Shown here: piece after piece, positions 18,220-27,178 of the stretch
Numbering within the stretch: position 1 is the stretch's first letter
How the letters are laid out: every line of letters begins with the position of its first letter
Assembly (NCBI GenBank): GCA_934101115.1
Contig: CAKOPW010000009.1
Coordinates: 677 to 64,676 of the forward strand
Reading direction: 5' to 3'
Length of the DNA stretch: 64,000 bases
Source of the DNA: an uncultured Bacilli bacterium
GTDB taxonomy: Bacteria > Bacillota_I > Bacilli_A > RF39 > UBA660
Made by a program: the position numbers and the translations under genes
The notes under the pieces: generated by a model
Databases searched by the model: none
Told to the model about the DNA's origin: nothing
What the model saw: the letters and a program-made list of their open reading frames with translations, nothing else

Positions 18220-18248
18220 TTTACAAACAAGAACAAATGTTTTATAAT
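18220..18248 (+). promoter_or_regulatory. sigma-A promoter of the radical-SAM/DUF4130/Cpn60-like operon
   Basis: TTTACA (18220-18225), 17 nt spacer, TATAAT (18243-18248). Confidence 0.5.
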
Positions 18249-18266
18249 TTAATTGGTGATGAATTT

Positions 18267-19478
18267 ATGGATTTAAAAGAAAAACTACATATTCTTGCCG
18301 ATAGTGCTAAATATGATGCATCATGTTCATCAAGTGGAAGTACTAGAGACGATGGTGGAGTTGGAAATACTAATAGAAGTGGAATATGTCATTCTTTTGC
18401 TTCTGATGGAAGATGTATTTCTCTTTTAAAAATACTTATGACTAACGCTTGTATTTTTGATTGCAAATATTGTCCCAATAGAAAGAGTAATGATGTTAAA
18501 AGGGCGATTTTTACTCCGACAGAAATATGTGAAATTACAATGAATTTCTATAAAAGAAATTATATTGAGGGATTGTTTTTGAGCTCAGGTATCGTTAAAA
18601 ATCCTGATTATACGACAAATCTATTAATTGAAACAATATACATGCTTAGAAATAAGTATAAGTTTAATGGATATATTCATGTAAAAGCCATCCCCGGTAC
18701 AAGTGAAACATTAATAAAAAAGCTTGGGTCCATGGTTGACAGGATGAGTGCTAATATAGAGTTACCAACAGAAAACGGGCTTAAATTATTAGCTCCTAAC
18801 AAAAGTGAGGATAAAGTTACTAAAATAATGAAATATGTCAAAGAAAATCGAAGTAAACACTATGTTCCTGCTGGTCAAAGCACTCAAATGGTCATAGGAG
18901 CAACAAACGAAACAGACTTTGATATTATGACTAAAAGCAAAAAACTATATGATGAACACAAATTAAAAAGAGTATTTTACTCGGCATATATTCCTGTTAA
19001 TAAAGACAATATGCTGCCATCTATAAGTATCCCACCTTTAAAAAGAGAAAATAGACTTTATCAAGCTGACTTTCTTTTGAGATTTTATAATTTTAAAGTT
19101 GATGATATATTAGACAAAGAAAATCCTAATTTCAATTTATTATTGGATCCAAAAGCTGCTTGGGCTTTAAAAAATATTCACTTATTCCCAAAAGAAATAA
19201 ATACTTGTTCTTATAATGAATTACTCCAAATACCAGGAGTGGGTGTAAAGGGAGCAAAGAAAATATATAGTTCAAGGAAGTACTTTAAAATAAAATTTGA
19301 AGATTTGAAGAATATGAATATTGTTATGAAAAGAGCAAAATATTTTATTACTTGTGATGGTAAATATTTTACGGATGCAGCTAATTTTAAAAGAAACATA
19401 ATAGAACAGTCGTTATTGCTTGAAGACTTAAAAGAAAATAGAAGAAAAGTTAGTCAGTTAAGTTTGTTTGATGAATAA
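18267..19478 (+). CDS. putative DNA modification/repair radical SAM protein (TIGR03916-like)
   Basis: N-terminal ILADSAKYDASCSSSG, a CxxxCxxC cluster motif (CIFDCKYC), and a C-terminal helix-hairpin-helix-like LLQIPGVGVKGAKKI. ATG 18267 lies behind ggtgat. Confidence 0.8.
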   Translation: MDLKEKLHILADSAKYDASCSSSGSTRDDGGVGNTNRSGICHSFASDGRCISLLKILMTNACIFDCKYCPNRKSNDVKRAIFTPTEICEITMNFYKRNYIEGLFLSSGIVKNPDYTTNLLIETIYMLRNKYKFNGYIHVKAIPGTSETLIKKLGSMVDRMSANIELPTENGLKLLAPNKSEDKVTKIMKYVKENRSKHYVPAGQSTQMVIGATNETDFDIMTKSKKLYDEHKLKRVFYSAYIPVNKDNMLPSISIPPLKRENRLYQADFLLRFYNFKVDDILDKENPNFNLLLDPKAAWALKNIHLFPKEINTCSYNELLQIPGVGVKGAKKIYSSRKYFKIKFEDLKNMNIVMKRAKYFITCDGKYFTDAANFKRNIIEQSLLLEDLKENRRKVSQLSLFDE

Positions 19479-20223
19479 TAATAAAGTTTATGTTTATAAT
19501 GATAACTTTTTAAGTCTTTTAGCTTTAATCGTAATTTTGATAAGAAAGAAAATTGTACCAAAAGATATAAAACCATATAATTTCGAATTTGGTTTGTTTG
19601 ATGAAGTGGAAGAACCTTTATTGCCTGAAAAAGAAGAAACTATTAATTATATTATAAAAAATATTGGTTACAATAATTTTAGTATAATATTTAGGCTTTA
19701 TTTATCGGTGTTTGAAGATAAAGAATTGACTATTTTTTATTATTGTTTGTATTCTTTAAAATACAAAGAAACAACTAGGTTTATGCGTAACAATAAATGG
19801 GTAAACGAAGCTTTAAAACAAAGTTCATATGTTTCAAGAGAAAATCATAAGTTTAAAGGATTCACTAGATTCAAAAAAATGAATAATGAAATTTATTATG
19901 CTGAAATCAATCCAACTAATAATATTCTTCCGTTACTCTCTAATCATTTCAAAGATCGCTTAAAAAGTGAATATTGGATTATTAAGGATGTTAATAGAAA
20001 TTTATATAGCTTATATGATAAAAAAAATTTTATTATTGTCTCTGAAGATGAATTCAAGATAAATGATTTTAATTTGAGTGATGATGAGGATAAATTCTTA
20101 AGTTTATGGAAAGAATTTTATGATACTGTTGGAATAAAAGCAAGAAAAAACGATAGATGTAGAATGAATTTTATGCCTAAAAAGTATTGGAAATATATCG
20201 TGGAAGTGAGTGATGAGCTATGA
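19471..20223 (+). CDS. DUF4130/TIGR03915-like putative DNA metabolism protein (usual partner of the radical SAM protein)
   Basis: About 250 aa, overlapping the radical SAM gene by 8 nt. The pattern ...RENHKFKGFTRFKK...YYAEI.P.NNILPLL..HF..R......WII.D fits my recollection of that family. Confidence 0.6.
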   Translation: MNNNKVYVYNDNFLSLLALIVILIRKKIVPKDIKPYNFEFGLFDEVEEPLLPEKEETINYIIKNIGYNNFSIIFRLYLSVFEDKELTIFYYCLYSLKYKETTRFMRNNKWVNEALKQSSYVSRENHKFKGFTRFKKMNNEIYYAEINPTNNILPLLSNHFKDRLKSEYWIIKDVNRNLYSLYDKKNFIIVSEDEFKINDFNLSDDEDKFLSLWKEFYDTVGIKARKNDRCRMNFMPKKYWKYIVEVSDEL

Positions 20224-21743
20224 AAAAAGTAGTTATAGGAGAAGAACTTGATAAAATAATTGAAGAAGCATTGGACATATTATGTGATACTGTTGGAGCT
20301 ACGCTTGGACCAAAGGGAAATAATTCAATTATTTCTAGTTCATCTTTACCGGCTTTTGTAACTGATGATGGTGTAACTTTAGCTAGAAATATTGAAAGTG
20401 ATGATGTGTGTGTTAATTCAGTTCTAGAGATATTAAAAGAAGCTTCTATTAAAACTGATGAAATAGTTGGTGATGGAACAACTACAACTCTTGTTTTATT
20501 AAAAGCTATAATGAGTAATGCTAGCAACTTAATATGTGGTGGAATGAGCAGATATCAAGTAAAAAAAGCATTAGAAAATGAGGAAAAAAGAATAGAAGAT
20601 TTGATAATAAAAGAATCTTTTAAACCTGATGATAAAGCATTAAAAAATATAGCTATTACTAGCTCAAAATCCGAAGAAATAGGAGAAACTATTTATCAAG
20701 TTGTAAAAAAAATAAAAAACATTGCTGGAGTTACAATAACAACTAGTAATAAAGAAGAAACTTATGTTAATTATTTTAAAGGGTATGAATTTGACACTAA
20801 TTTAGCAAGTCCTTTTTTCTTTAAAGGAAATTCAATAATAAAATTAGAAAATCCTTATATTCTAGTTACTTTTGAAAGTATATATGATATTGAAAAATTA
20901 AGCGATTTAATCAATAAGTGTTTTGTCGATAAAAGAAATTTATTGATATTTGCAACTGATTTTGATGATGATGTAATAAATCAGATATTATCGTTCAACT
21001 ATGACAATGATTTAAAAATATATTTGCTAAAAAATCCTGAATTTGGTAAGAGACAATATCTTTTAATGAGTGATTTACTGGAAATATGTGGATGTAAAGA
21101 ATATAAGAATCAGTTTAATTATGATAATGTTGGGGAAGTCAAAGAGGTTGTCATCAATAAAGATAAAACTTATGTTTATTTTGACAATAGTTTAACTAAT
21201 TATATTGAAGAGAGTAAAAGAGATTTGAAATTTATCAATGATGAATTTGATATCAATTACTATGAAAGACGTATTTCAATGTTGTCCGATGGACTTGCAA
21301 CTATTGAGGTAGGGGGAAAAACTATAAGCGAAGCAAGAGAAGCTAAAATGCATTATGATGATGCTATTCATGCGACTTATTCAGCTTTAGAAGGAGTAAA
21401 TATAGGAGCAGGATATACCTATTTAAAAATAGCATCAACATTAGAAGATAATTGCATTTTAAAAAATGTTTTATATACACCTTTTAGACAAATTTTAAAA
21501 AATGCTGGATTAGATGCAAGTGTGATAGAGAAAAATATTACATCTGATTTTAAAAAGATATATAATGTCAAAGTTGATGACTATGAAAGTATTGATTCTA
21601 CTTCAGTTTTGGATTCAACAAAAGTGCTAATTCAATCACTAAAGACAGCTGTATCTATTGCTAATATTTTACTTAGTACAGGTAGTTTAATAATTAATGA
21701 ACAAATAAAAAATATTGATATAGATCATGATATCAATATTTAG
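20220..21743 (+). CDS. divergent Cpn60/GroEL-family chaperonin paralog (no GroES partner, no GGM tail)
   Basis: GroEL motifs occur in order: TLGPKGNN, TDDGVTLA, VGDGTTTT, DDAIHATYSALEG, VLDSTKV. The protein is full length (507 aa) but its apical region is strongly diverged. ATGA overlap with the upstream gene. Confidence 0.75.
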   Translation: MKKVVIGEELDKIIEEALDILCDTVGATLGPKGNNSIISSSSLPAFVTDDGVTLARNIESDDVCVNSVLEILKEASIKTDEIVGDGTTTTLVLLKAIMSNASNLICGGMSRYQVKKALENEEKRIEDLIIKESFKPDDKALKNIAITSSKSEEIGETIYQVVKKIKNIAGVTITTSNKEETYVNYFKGYEFDTNLASPFFFKGNSIIKLENPYILVTFESIYDIEKLSDLINKCFVDKRNLLIFATDFDDDVINQILSFNYDNDLKIYLLKNPEFGKRQYLLMSDLLEICGCKEYKNQFNYDNVGEVKEVVINKDKTYVYFDNSLTNYIEESKRDLKFINDEFDINYYERRISMLSDGLATIEVGGKTISEAREAKMHYDDAIHATYSALEGVNIGAGYTYLKIASTLEDNCILKNVLYTPFRQILKNAGLDASVIEKNITSDFKKIYNVKVDDYESIDSTSVLDSTKVLIQSLKTAVSIANILLSTGSLIINEQIKNIDIDHDINI

Positions 21744-21744
21744 T

Positions 21745-22920
21745 TTATTTTCTTTTAAAGAAAAGCATTTTAAATATTTTAAAAATAAATAGAACGATTA
21801 ATAAATTTATAAATACTAATAGATAAAAATTTATTTTTACATCTTTAAATATTATGTCTTCTTCATAGATAAGATCATCTTTATATGTTATAGTGACTTT
21901 TCCAATTTGTTTATTATTGTCTAAAAATGTTACAGATGTTTTTCCGTTATAGTTAACTTTTATATCATCTTTATTATAGTCATTTGGCAAATAAATTAAT
22001 GCATCTTTACTTAAATGAATATTGTATTTAGTGATATTAGAAAAACTTACAGGAATTGTTTTGATTATGTCAGTTGATTTTGCAATCGTTTGATTATTAT
22101 AATTATTATCCATAAAATTTATTATATTTAAATTATCTTTTAAATTATAGTAATTTCCATAAATAAATTCGGCATTTGTTGAAATAAAAATAAATTCGTG
22201 ATTGTTACTTTCAAATATTGAAGATATACATAATCCAGCTTTGTTAGTGTAACCCGTTTTACTACCAACAATTCTGGAAATATCTAGTTTCATTAAGTTA
22301 TTATATTTTTTTATTGTAGCGTCTACTATTAAACCATTTGATAAAGTATAGCTTTTTGTTGTATATATTGTTTTAAATGTTTCATTTTTTAAAGCATATT
22401 GTAACATTTTTAATAAGTCACTTATTGTGCTATAGTGGTTATCAATATCAAGACCAGTAACATTTACAAAGTTAGAATTTTCCATCCCAATTTGTTTTGC
22501 TAAAGTATTCATATCATCTACGAAATTATTGATGCTTCCACTTAACGAATATGCAAGTGCTTGAGTGGCATCAGCTCCAGATGGAAGAATAGATGCATAT
22601 AATAAATCTTTGTAGGTCAATTTGTCTCCAATTCTTAGTCCGGCAAGAGAAGCATCATATTTTATATTTGAAAGCATTTCACTTGTAATAATTACATAAT
22701 CATCAAGATTATTTATTTTTTCGATAGCTGTTATAGTTGTCATAATCTTTGTAAGACTTGCTATATTTGTTCTTTCCTGTATATTTTTTTCATAGATTAT
22801 TTTATTATCAGTTAAATCATATAAACAATAATTTTTAGAATATAATGTAGGATCATCTAAAGCAAATACATTTATAGTAAAAGTAAAAAAACATAGGATA
22901 ATTAATACTAGTTTTTTCAT
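21745..22920 (-). CDS. D-alanyl-D-alanine carboxypeptidase (peptidase S11) with C-terminal membrane anchor
   Basis: Signal peptide, SLTKIMT (SxxK), PSGADA (SxN-like), SKTGYT (KTG), and a C-terminal hydrophobic helix. Confidence 0.8.
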   Translation of the reverse strand: MKKLVLIILCFFTFTINVFALDDPTLYSKNYCLYDLTDNKIIYEKNIQERTNIASLTKIMTTITAIEKINNLDDYVIITSEMLSNIKYDASLAGLRIGDKLTYKDLLYASILPSGADATQALAYSLSGSINNFVDDMNTLAKQIGMENSNFVNVTGLDIDNHYSTISDLLKMLQYALKNETFKTIYTTKSYTLSNGLIVDATIKKYNNLMKLDISRIVGSKTGYTNKAGLCISSIFESNNHEFIFISTNAEFIYGNYYNLKDNLNIINFMDNNYNNQTIAKSTDIIKTIPVSFSNITKYNIHLSKDALIYLPNDYNKDDIKVNYNGKTSVTFLDNNKQIGKVTITYKDDLIYEEDIIFKDVKINFYLLVFINLLIVLFIFKIFKMLFFKRK

Positions 22921-23048
22921 AAAACCACTTCCAGTATGAAAATTATATCAAATATGTCTGTGTAAGTGTATAAATTCCTTTCTTTTAAACCAAATAATAA
23001 TAAAATGTATAAAATTTCGATAAATTTGCGAAAATGCAGGTAAAAAAT

Positions 23049-23076
23049 TTGCATTTTTTTTATTTTGTGATATAAT
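23049..23076 (+). promoter_or_regulatory. sigma-A promoter of the adhesin/sortase operon
   Basis: TTGCAT (23049-23054), 16 nt spacer, TATAAT (23071-23076). Confidence 0.5.
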
Positions 23077-23104
23077 AGGCAGCAATTCAAGGGGGAAAAG
23101 GGTT

Positions 23105-24658
23105 ATGAAGAGAAACAAATTAATGACATTTATGTTTATGCTTGTTGTATTATTATTTGGGGGAATTGCTTCTGTTTCAGCAGCAACTACACTTCCAGAT
23201 AACGTTACTTCTGATAATTTAAGAGAGGTTGAATATATAAAAAACTTCCCAGTAATTATCAAAAAAACAAACCATGGATATGTTTATTGCTTAAACATGT
23301 CTCATACTTATGCAGCTGGAATAACATTCAATAAAACTGGTGAAGTTGCTGTAGGATATAATTATATTTTAAATAATTTACCAAATACTGGAGATGCAGA
23401 TAAAGATTTCTATATTGCTCAAATGGCAGTTTGGTATTATGAAGATTATTTAAATAACAATAATTTTAATTTAGTACCAGAGGTAAAAAAATATATTGTT
23501 CGTCATAAAGATACTGAAGAAGTAAGCAAAGCAATTTATAATTTGTATGAAGGTGCAAAAAATTATAAAGAACCAGTTGCGAAATTAGAAATTAGTCCAA
23601 GAGATATTACATTTACAAAAGATGGTGAATATTTTGTTTCAAATGAAATTAAAATAAACACAGCTAATTTAAATGGAAACCTAAGTTATTCATTAACAGG
23701 TTCTCCAGCAGGATCAAAAATCGTTAAAAGCGGTGAAGGAATAAAGGTAAAAATTCCTGTAGATAAGGTTGGAAATAATAAACAAATAACGGTTACATTA
23801 AATGTTAGTTCAACATATAAATCTCAAAGAGGTTATTATTATTTCTATAATGATAATTATCAAAAGGTTTTATACAATGAATTACTTGATAAAAATGTAA
23901 ATATACAAGATTCAATTAAAATGGTAGTAAGAAATAAAACTGAATTTGAAGTTGATATCAGTAAAAGTGATATTACTCAATCTAAAGAAATTCCTGGAGC
24001 TACATTAGTAGTAAAAGACAAAACTGGAAAAACATTATATAATTGGATTTCTACTACTGAAAGTAAGAAAATTATCTTAACTGAAGGTGAATATAGTTTG
24101 AGTGAAACTATTGCACCAGAAGGTTATAAATTAAGTACAACTACAATCGAATTTAAAGTAGATGCTAACGGAAGCGTTTATGTAAAAAATGAAAAAGGTA
24201 ATTATGTTGCTGTAGATAAAGTAGTTATGATCAATGTATTAAAAGATGTAGTAACTATTGCTAAAAAGGATTCTAAAACAGATGCTTTAGTAGCAGGAGC
24301 AACATTAGTAATTAAAGATAAAGATGGAAACGTTGTAAAAGAATTTACAACAACTAATGAATATTATCAATTAACTATGGATGCTGGAACTTATACAATT
24401 GAAGAAAAAAGTGCACCAGCTGGTTATATTAAGAGTAATGAAATAATAACATTTGAATTACTTGATAATGGAACATTAAAAATTAAGGATAAAAATGGGG
24501 ATTTTATCGAAAGCAATTTAGTAACATTCTATAACACTAAAGGGGAAGAAGTACCTGTTCCAGCAACAGCATCTTCTAGTACACTTTTAATTATTGGTGG
24601 TTTAGTCTTGATTATAGGTGGAGCTTACTGTGTTAGAAAAACTATCAAAGAATGCTAA
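23105..24658 (+). CDS. surface adhesin with an N-terminal thioester (TQXA-type) domain and Cna-B/SpaA-type repeats
   Basis: Signal peptide. Cys context GYVYCLN plus Gln context YIAQMAVWYY (thioester pair). Two repeats of ..GA.LV.KDK.G......T.....Y.L....G.Y...E..AP.GY. C-terminal hydrophobic helix plus basic tail (RKTIKEC), but no LPXTG. Confidence 0.75.
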   Translation: MKRNKLMTFMFMLVVLLFGGIASVSAATTLPDNVTSDNLREVEYIKNFPVIIKKTNHGYVYCLNMSHTYAAGITFNKTGEVAVGYNYILNNLPNTGDADKDFYIAQMAVWYYEDYLNNNNFNLVPEVKKYIVRHKDTEEVSKAIYNLYEGAKNYKEPVAKLEISPRDITFTKDGEYFVSNEIKINTANLNGNLSYSLTGSPAGSKIVKSGEGIKVKIPVDKVGNNKQITVTLNVSSTYKSQRGYYYFYNDNYQKVLYNELLDKNVNIQDSIKMVVRNKTEFEVDISKSDITQSKEIPGATLVVKDKTGKTLYNWISTTESKKIILTEGEYSLSETIAPEGYKLSTTTIEFKVDANGSVYVKNEKGNYVAVDKVVMINVLKDVVTIAKKDSKTDALVAGATLVIKDKDGNVVKEFTTTNEYYQLTMDAGTYTIEEKSAPAGYIKSNEIITFELLDNGTLKIKDKNGDFIESNLVTFYNTKGEEVPVPATASSSTLLIIGGLVLIIGGAYCVRKTIKEC

Positions 24659-25244
24659 GGTAACCCTAGGCATTCTTTTGCTTTTCTTAGGTATTGGCTG
24701 TTTATCATTTACTTATTTCAAAACAATCAAATCTAATATATTTAATGAGAAAAATCTTAAATATTTTGAAGAAATTGATATAGCCGAACCTGTTGAAGAA
24801 GTAGTTGATGAAACTGTGCCTGAAGAAACTACAACACCAGTAATAAATTATAATTATATAGGTTACTTAGAAATCCCTAAAATCAATTTAAAAAGAGGAT
24901 TTGTATCCTTGAACTCAAAATACAATAGTATTAGTTATAATGTTATGCTTATTAAGGGAAGCAGTATGCCAGATGTAAAAAATGGTAATCTTATACTTGC
25001 TGCTCATAGAGGTAACTCTTCAGTTTCATTTTTTGATAAGTTATATAAATTAAATATTGGTGATGAAGCCAATGTTACATATAATGATAAAGTATACACT
25101 TATAAATTAGTTAATACTTATTTAGAGGAAAAAGATGGAACAATCGCGATATATCGTGATGAAAATAAAAATACACTTACTCTTATCACTTGTACAAGAG
25201 GAGATAAAAAAACTCAAACAGTATTTATATTTGAGTTAGTATAA
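24630..25244 (+). CDS. sortase-family transpeptidase
   Basis: N-terminal TM, LILAAHRG (catalytic His) and TLTLITCT (TLxTC catalytic Cys). GTG 24630 lies behind aggtgga and overlaps the adhesin 3' end. Confidence 0.8.
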   Translation: MLEKLSKNAKVTLGILLLFLGIGCLSFTYFKTIKSNIFNEKNLKYFEEIDIAEPVEEVVDETVPEETTTPVINYNYIGYLEIPKINLKRGFVSLNSKYNSISYNVMLIKGSSMPDVKNGNLILAAHRGNSSVSFFDKLYKLNIGDEANVTYNDKVYTYKLVNTYLEEKDGTIAIYRDENKNTLTLITCTRGDKKTQTVFIFELV

Positions 25245-25256
25245 GGAGGTTAAATT

Positions 25257-25934
25257 ATGCCAGAATTATCAATTTTAGAAATTTTAAAATATGCGTTAAA
25301 ATCATTAATGGATTCTAAAGTATTTATACTTATTTTGTTAGAAATAGCTATATTTGCAGTATCAGTGATCTTTTCAAAACTAATGAATAAAAAAACTGTT
25401 AAATATACAGCAGTTGGAGCAAGTTTAGTTATACTTATGTTTTATATTGTTAACTATATAAGTACAGTAAAAGTATTTTTAAATAATGTAACTACAAAGT
25501 TAGTTGAATTAATATATTTTCCAACAACTTTAGAATTTGTTTTAGTAATGATTTTCTCATTTACAATAATGATTGTAACTTTAAAAAGCAAAAATACTAA
25601 TAAAATATTAAAGTTTATTAATTCGGTTTTACCACTTACAATCTCTTTCATATTTTTATCAATTATTGAATATATCAATACTAATAATATAGCTTTTGAT
25701 GAATTTAGTGTATTTTCTAATCCAATAATGATGAGTTTATATGAATTATCAATGGGATTATTTGTATTATGGATAATTGGTTTGATAATCTATAAAATAG
25801 ACGTATTCATTATCAATAAAATAGTCATAGTTGATGAATCTGAACTTCCTGATCGAAATGTAGAAATTTATTTACCAAAGAAAAAAGAAGTAGAAGAAGA
25901 AATTGAACTTCCAAGATTAAAAAGTCAAATTTAA
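25257..25934 (+). CDS. polytopic membrane protein, unknown function
   Basis: Strong RBS aaggagg, at least 5 hydrophobic helices, acidic C-terminus. Third gene of the adhesin/sortase unit. Confidence 0.5.
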   Translation: MPELSILEILKYALKSLMDSKVFILILLEIAIFAVSVIFSKLMNKKTVKYTAVGASLVILMFYIVNYISTVKVFLNNVTTKLVELIYFPTTLEFVLVMIFSFTIMIVTLKSKNTNKILKFINSVLPLTISFIFLSIIEYINTNNIAFDEFSVFSNPIMMSLYELSMGLFVLWIIGLIIYKIDVFIINKIVIVDESELPDRNVEIYLPKKKEVEEEIELPRLKSQI

Positions 25935-25990
25935 TTAAGAAGATTAGTTCTTCTTTTTTTTTACGTTCATAGTATTAAGTAGGTGAAGAA

Positions 25991-27115
25991 ATGAAAAAGA
26001 TAATTCTATTAATTATGTTATTAATTCCGTTTAAAGTTTTAGCAGTTGAAACCAGTGCTAAATCAAGTATTTTAATTGAACAATCAACTGGAACTATTTT
26101 AAGTGAAGAAGAAAGTCATACAAGATTACCTATGGCAAGTATGACCAAAATGATGACACTTTTAATTGTTATGGAAAATATTGAAAAGGGAAATATTAAA
26201 CTTGATGACATGGTTCCAATAAGTGAAAGTGCAGCTTCTATGGGAGGAAGTCAAATATACTTAAGTGCAAATACTACGATGAAACTAGATACTCTAATAA
26301 AAGCTATTTGTATTGCTTCAGCTAATGATGCAACTTATGCTGTTGCTGAATATATTGCAGGAACTCATGATGGTTTTGTAAAACTAATGAATGAAAAAGT
26401 TAAAGAATTAGGACTTAAAGATACTAATTTTGAAAATGTGCATGGATTAGATTCTGATAATCATTATTCCTCAGCATATGATATGGCTTTTATTGCTCGT
26501 GAACTTCTTAATCATCCCAAAATATTAGAATATTCAAGCATATATGAAGATTATATAGCTCATCCAAATGGAACAAATACATGGATTGTTAATACTAACA
26601 AACTTCTTAATTATTATGATGGATTGGATGGATTAAAAACAGGATATACAACTAAAAGTGGATATTGTATTACAGCAACAGCTAAAAGAAATAATATGAG
26701 ACTTATAAGTGTAGTAATGGGTGAAGAAAACAATAAAATTAGAAATCAAGATACTATTTCTCTTTTAAATTATGGTTTTTCTAACTTTAAACTTGAAACA
26801 GTATTAAAACGTGATGAAAATTTAGGAAAAATCAAAATTAAATCAGGTAAAGCCGAATATGCTAATTTAAAGTTAAAAACAGATGCTGTTGATCTAGTTA
26901 ATATTCTTGAAAAAAATAAATATAATTATAAAATAACAAAAAATAAGGTAAGTGCACCATTAAAAGTTGGAGATACTGTAGGAACACTTACAATCTATGC
27001 GAATGATATCAAAATTAAAGATATTGAATTAACTGTTGATAAAGATATAAAACGAGCTAATTATTTTGATTACTTTAAAAGAAATCTTAAATATTTTATT
27101 AGAGGTTGCTATTAA
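25991..27115 (+). CDS. D-alanyl-D-alanine carboxypeptidase (peptidase S11, DacB/DacF-like)
   Basis: Signal peptide, SMTKMMT (SxxK), SANDA (SxN), LKTGYT (KTG), and a C-terminal PBP5_C-like domain. Confidence 0.85.
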   Translation: MKKIILLIMLLIPFKVLAVETSAKSSILIEQSTGTILSEEESHTRLPMASMTKMMTLLIVMENIEKGNIKLDDMVPISESAASMGGSQIYLSANTTMKLDTLIKAICIASANDATYAVAEYIAGTHDGFVKLMNEKVKELGLKDTNFENVHGLDSDNHYSSAYDMAFIARELLNHPKILEYSSIYEDYIAHPNGTNTWIVNTNKLLNYYDGLDGLKTGYTTKSGYCITATAKRNNMRLISVVMGEENNKIRNQDTISLLNYGFSNFKLETVLKRDENLGKIKIKSGKAEYANLKLKTDAVDLVNILEKNKYNYKITKNKVSAPLKVGDTVGTLTIYANDIKIKDIELTVDKDIKRANYFDYFKRNLKYFIRGCY

Positions 27116-27178
27116 TCTACATTTTTGTAGATTTTTTTTTATTATTTAACGTGATATAATATCCATAGAGGTGGAAAG

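Noticed and set aside
20177-20527. 116-aa minus-strand ORF antisense to the Cpn60-like gene.
   Set aside because: It is a shadow ORF opposite a motif-rich coding frame (TLGPKG, GDGTTT), which is typical of AT-rich DNA.
22948-23262. 104-aa minus-strand ORF spanning the adhesin promoter and 5' end.
   Set aside because: It overlaps the well-supported promoter, RBS and signal peptide of the adhesin gene. Its composition is low-complexity and there is no RBS.
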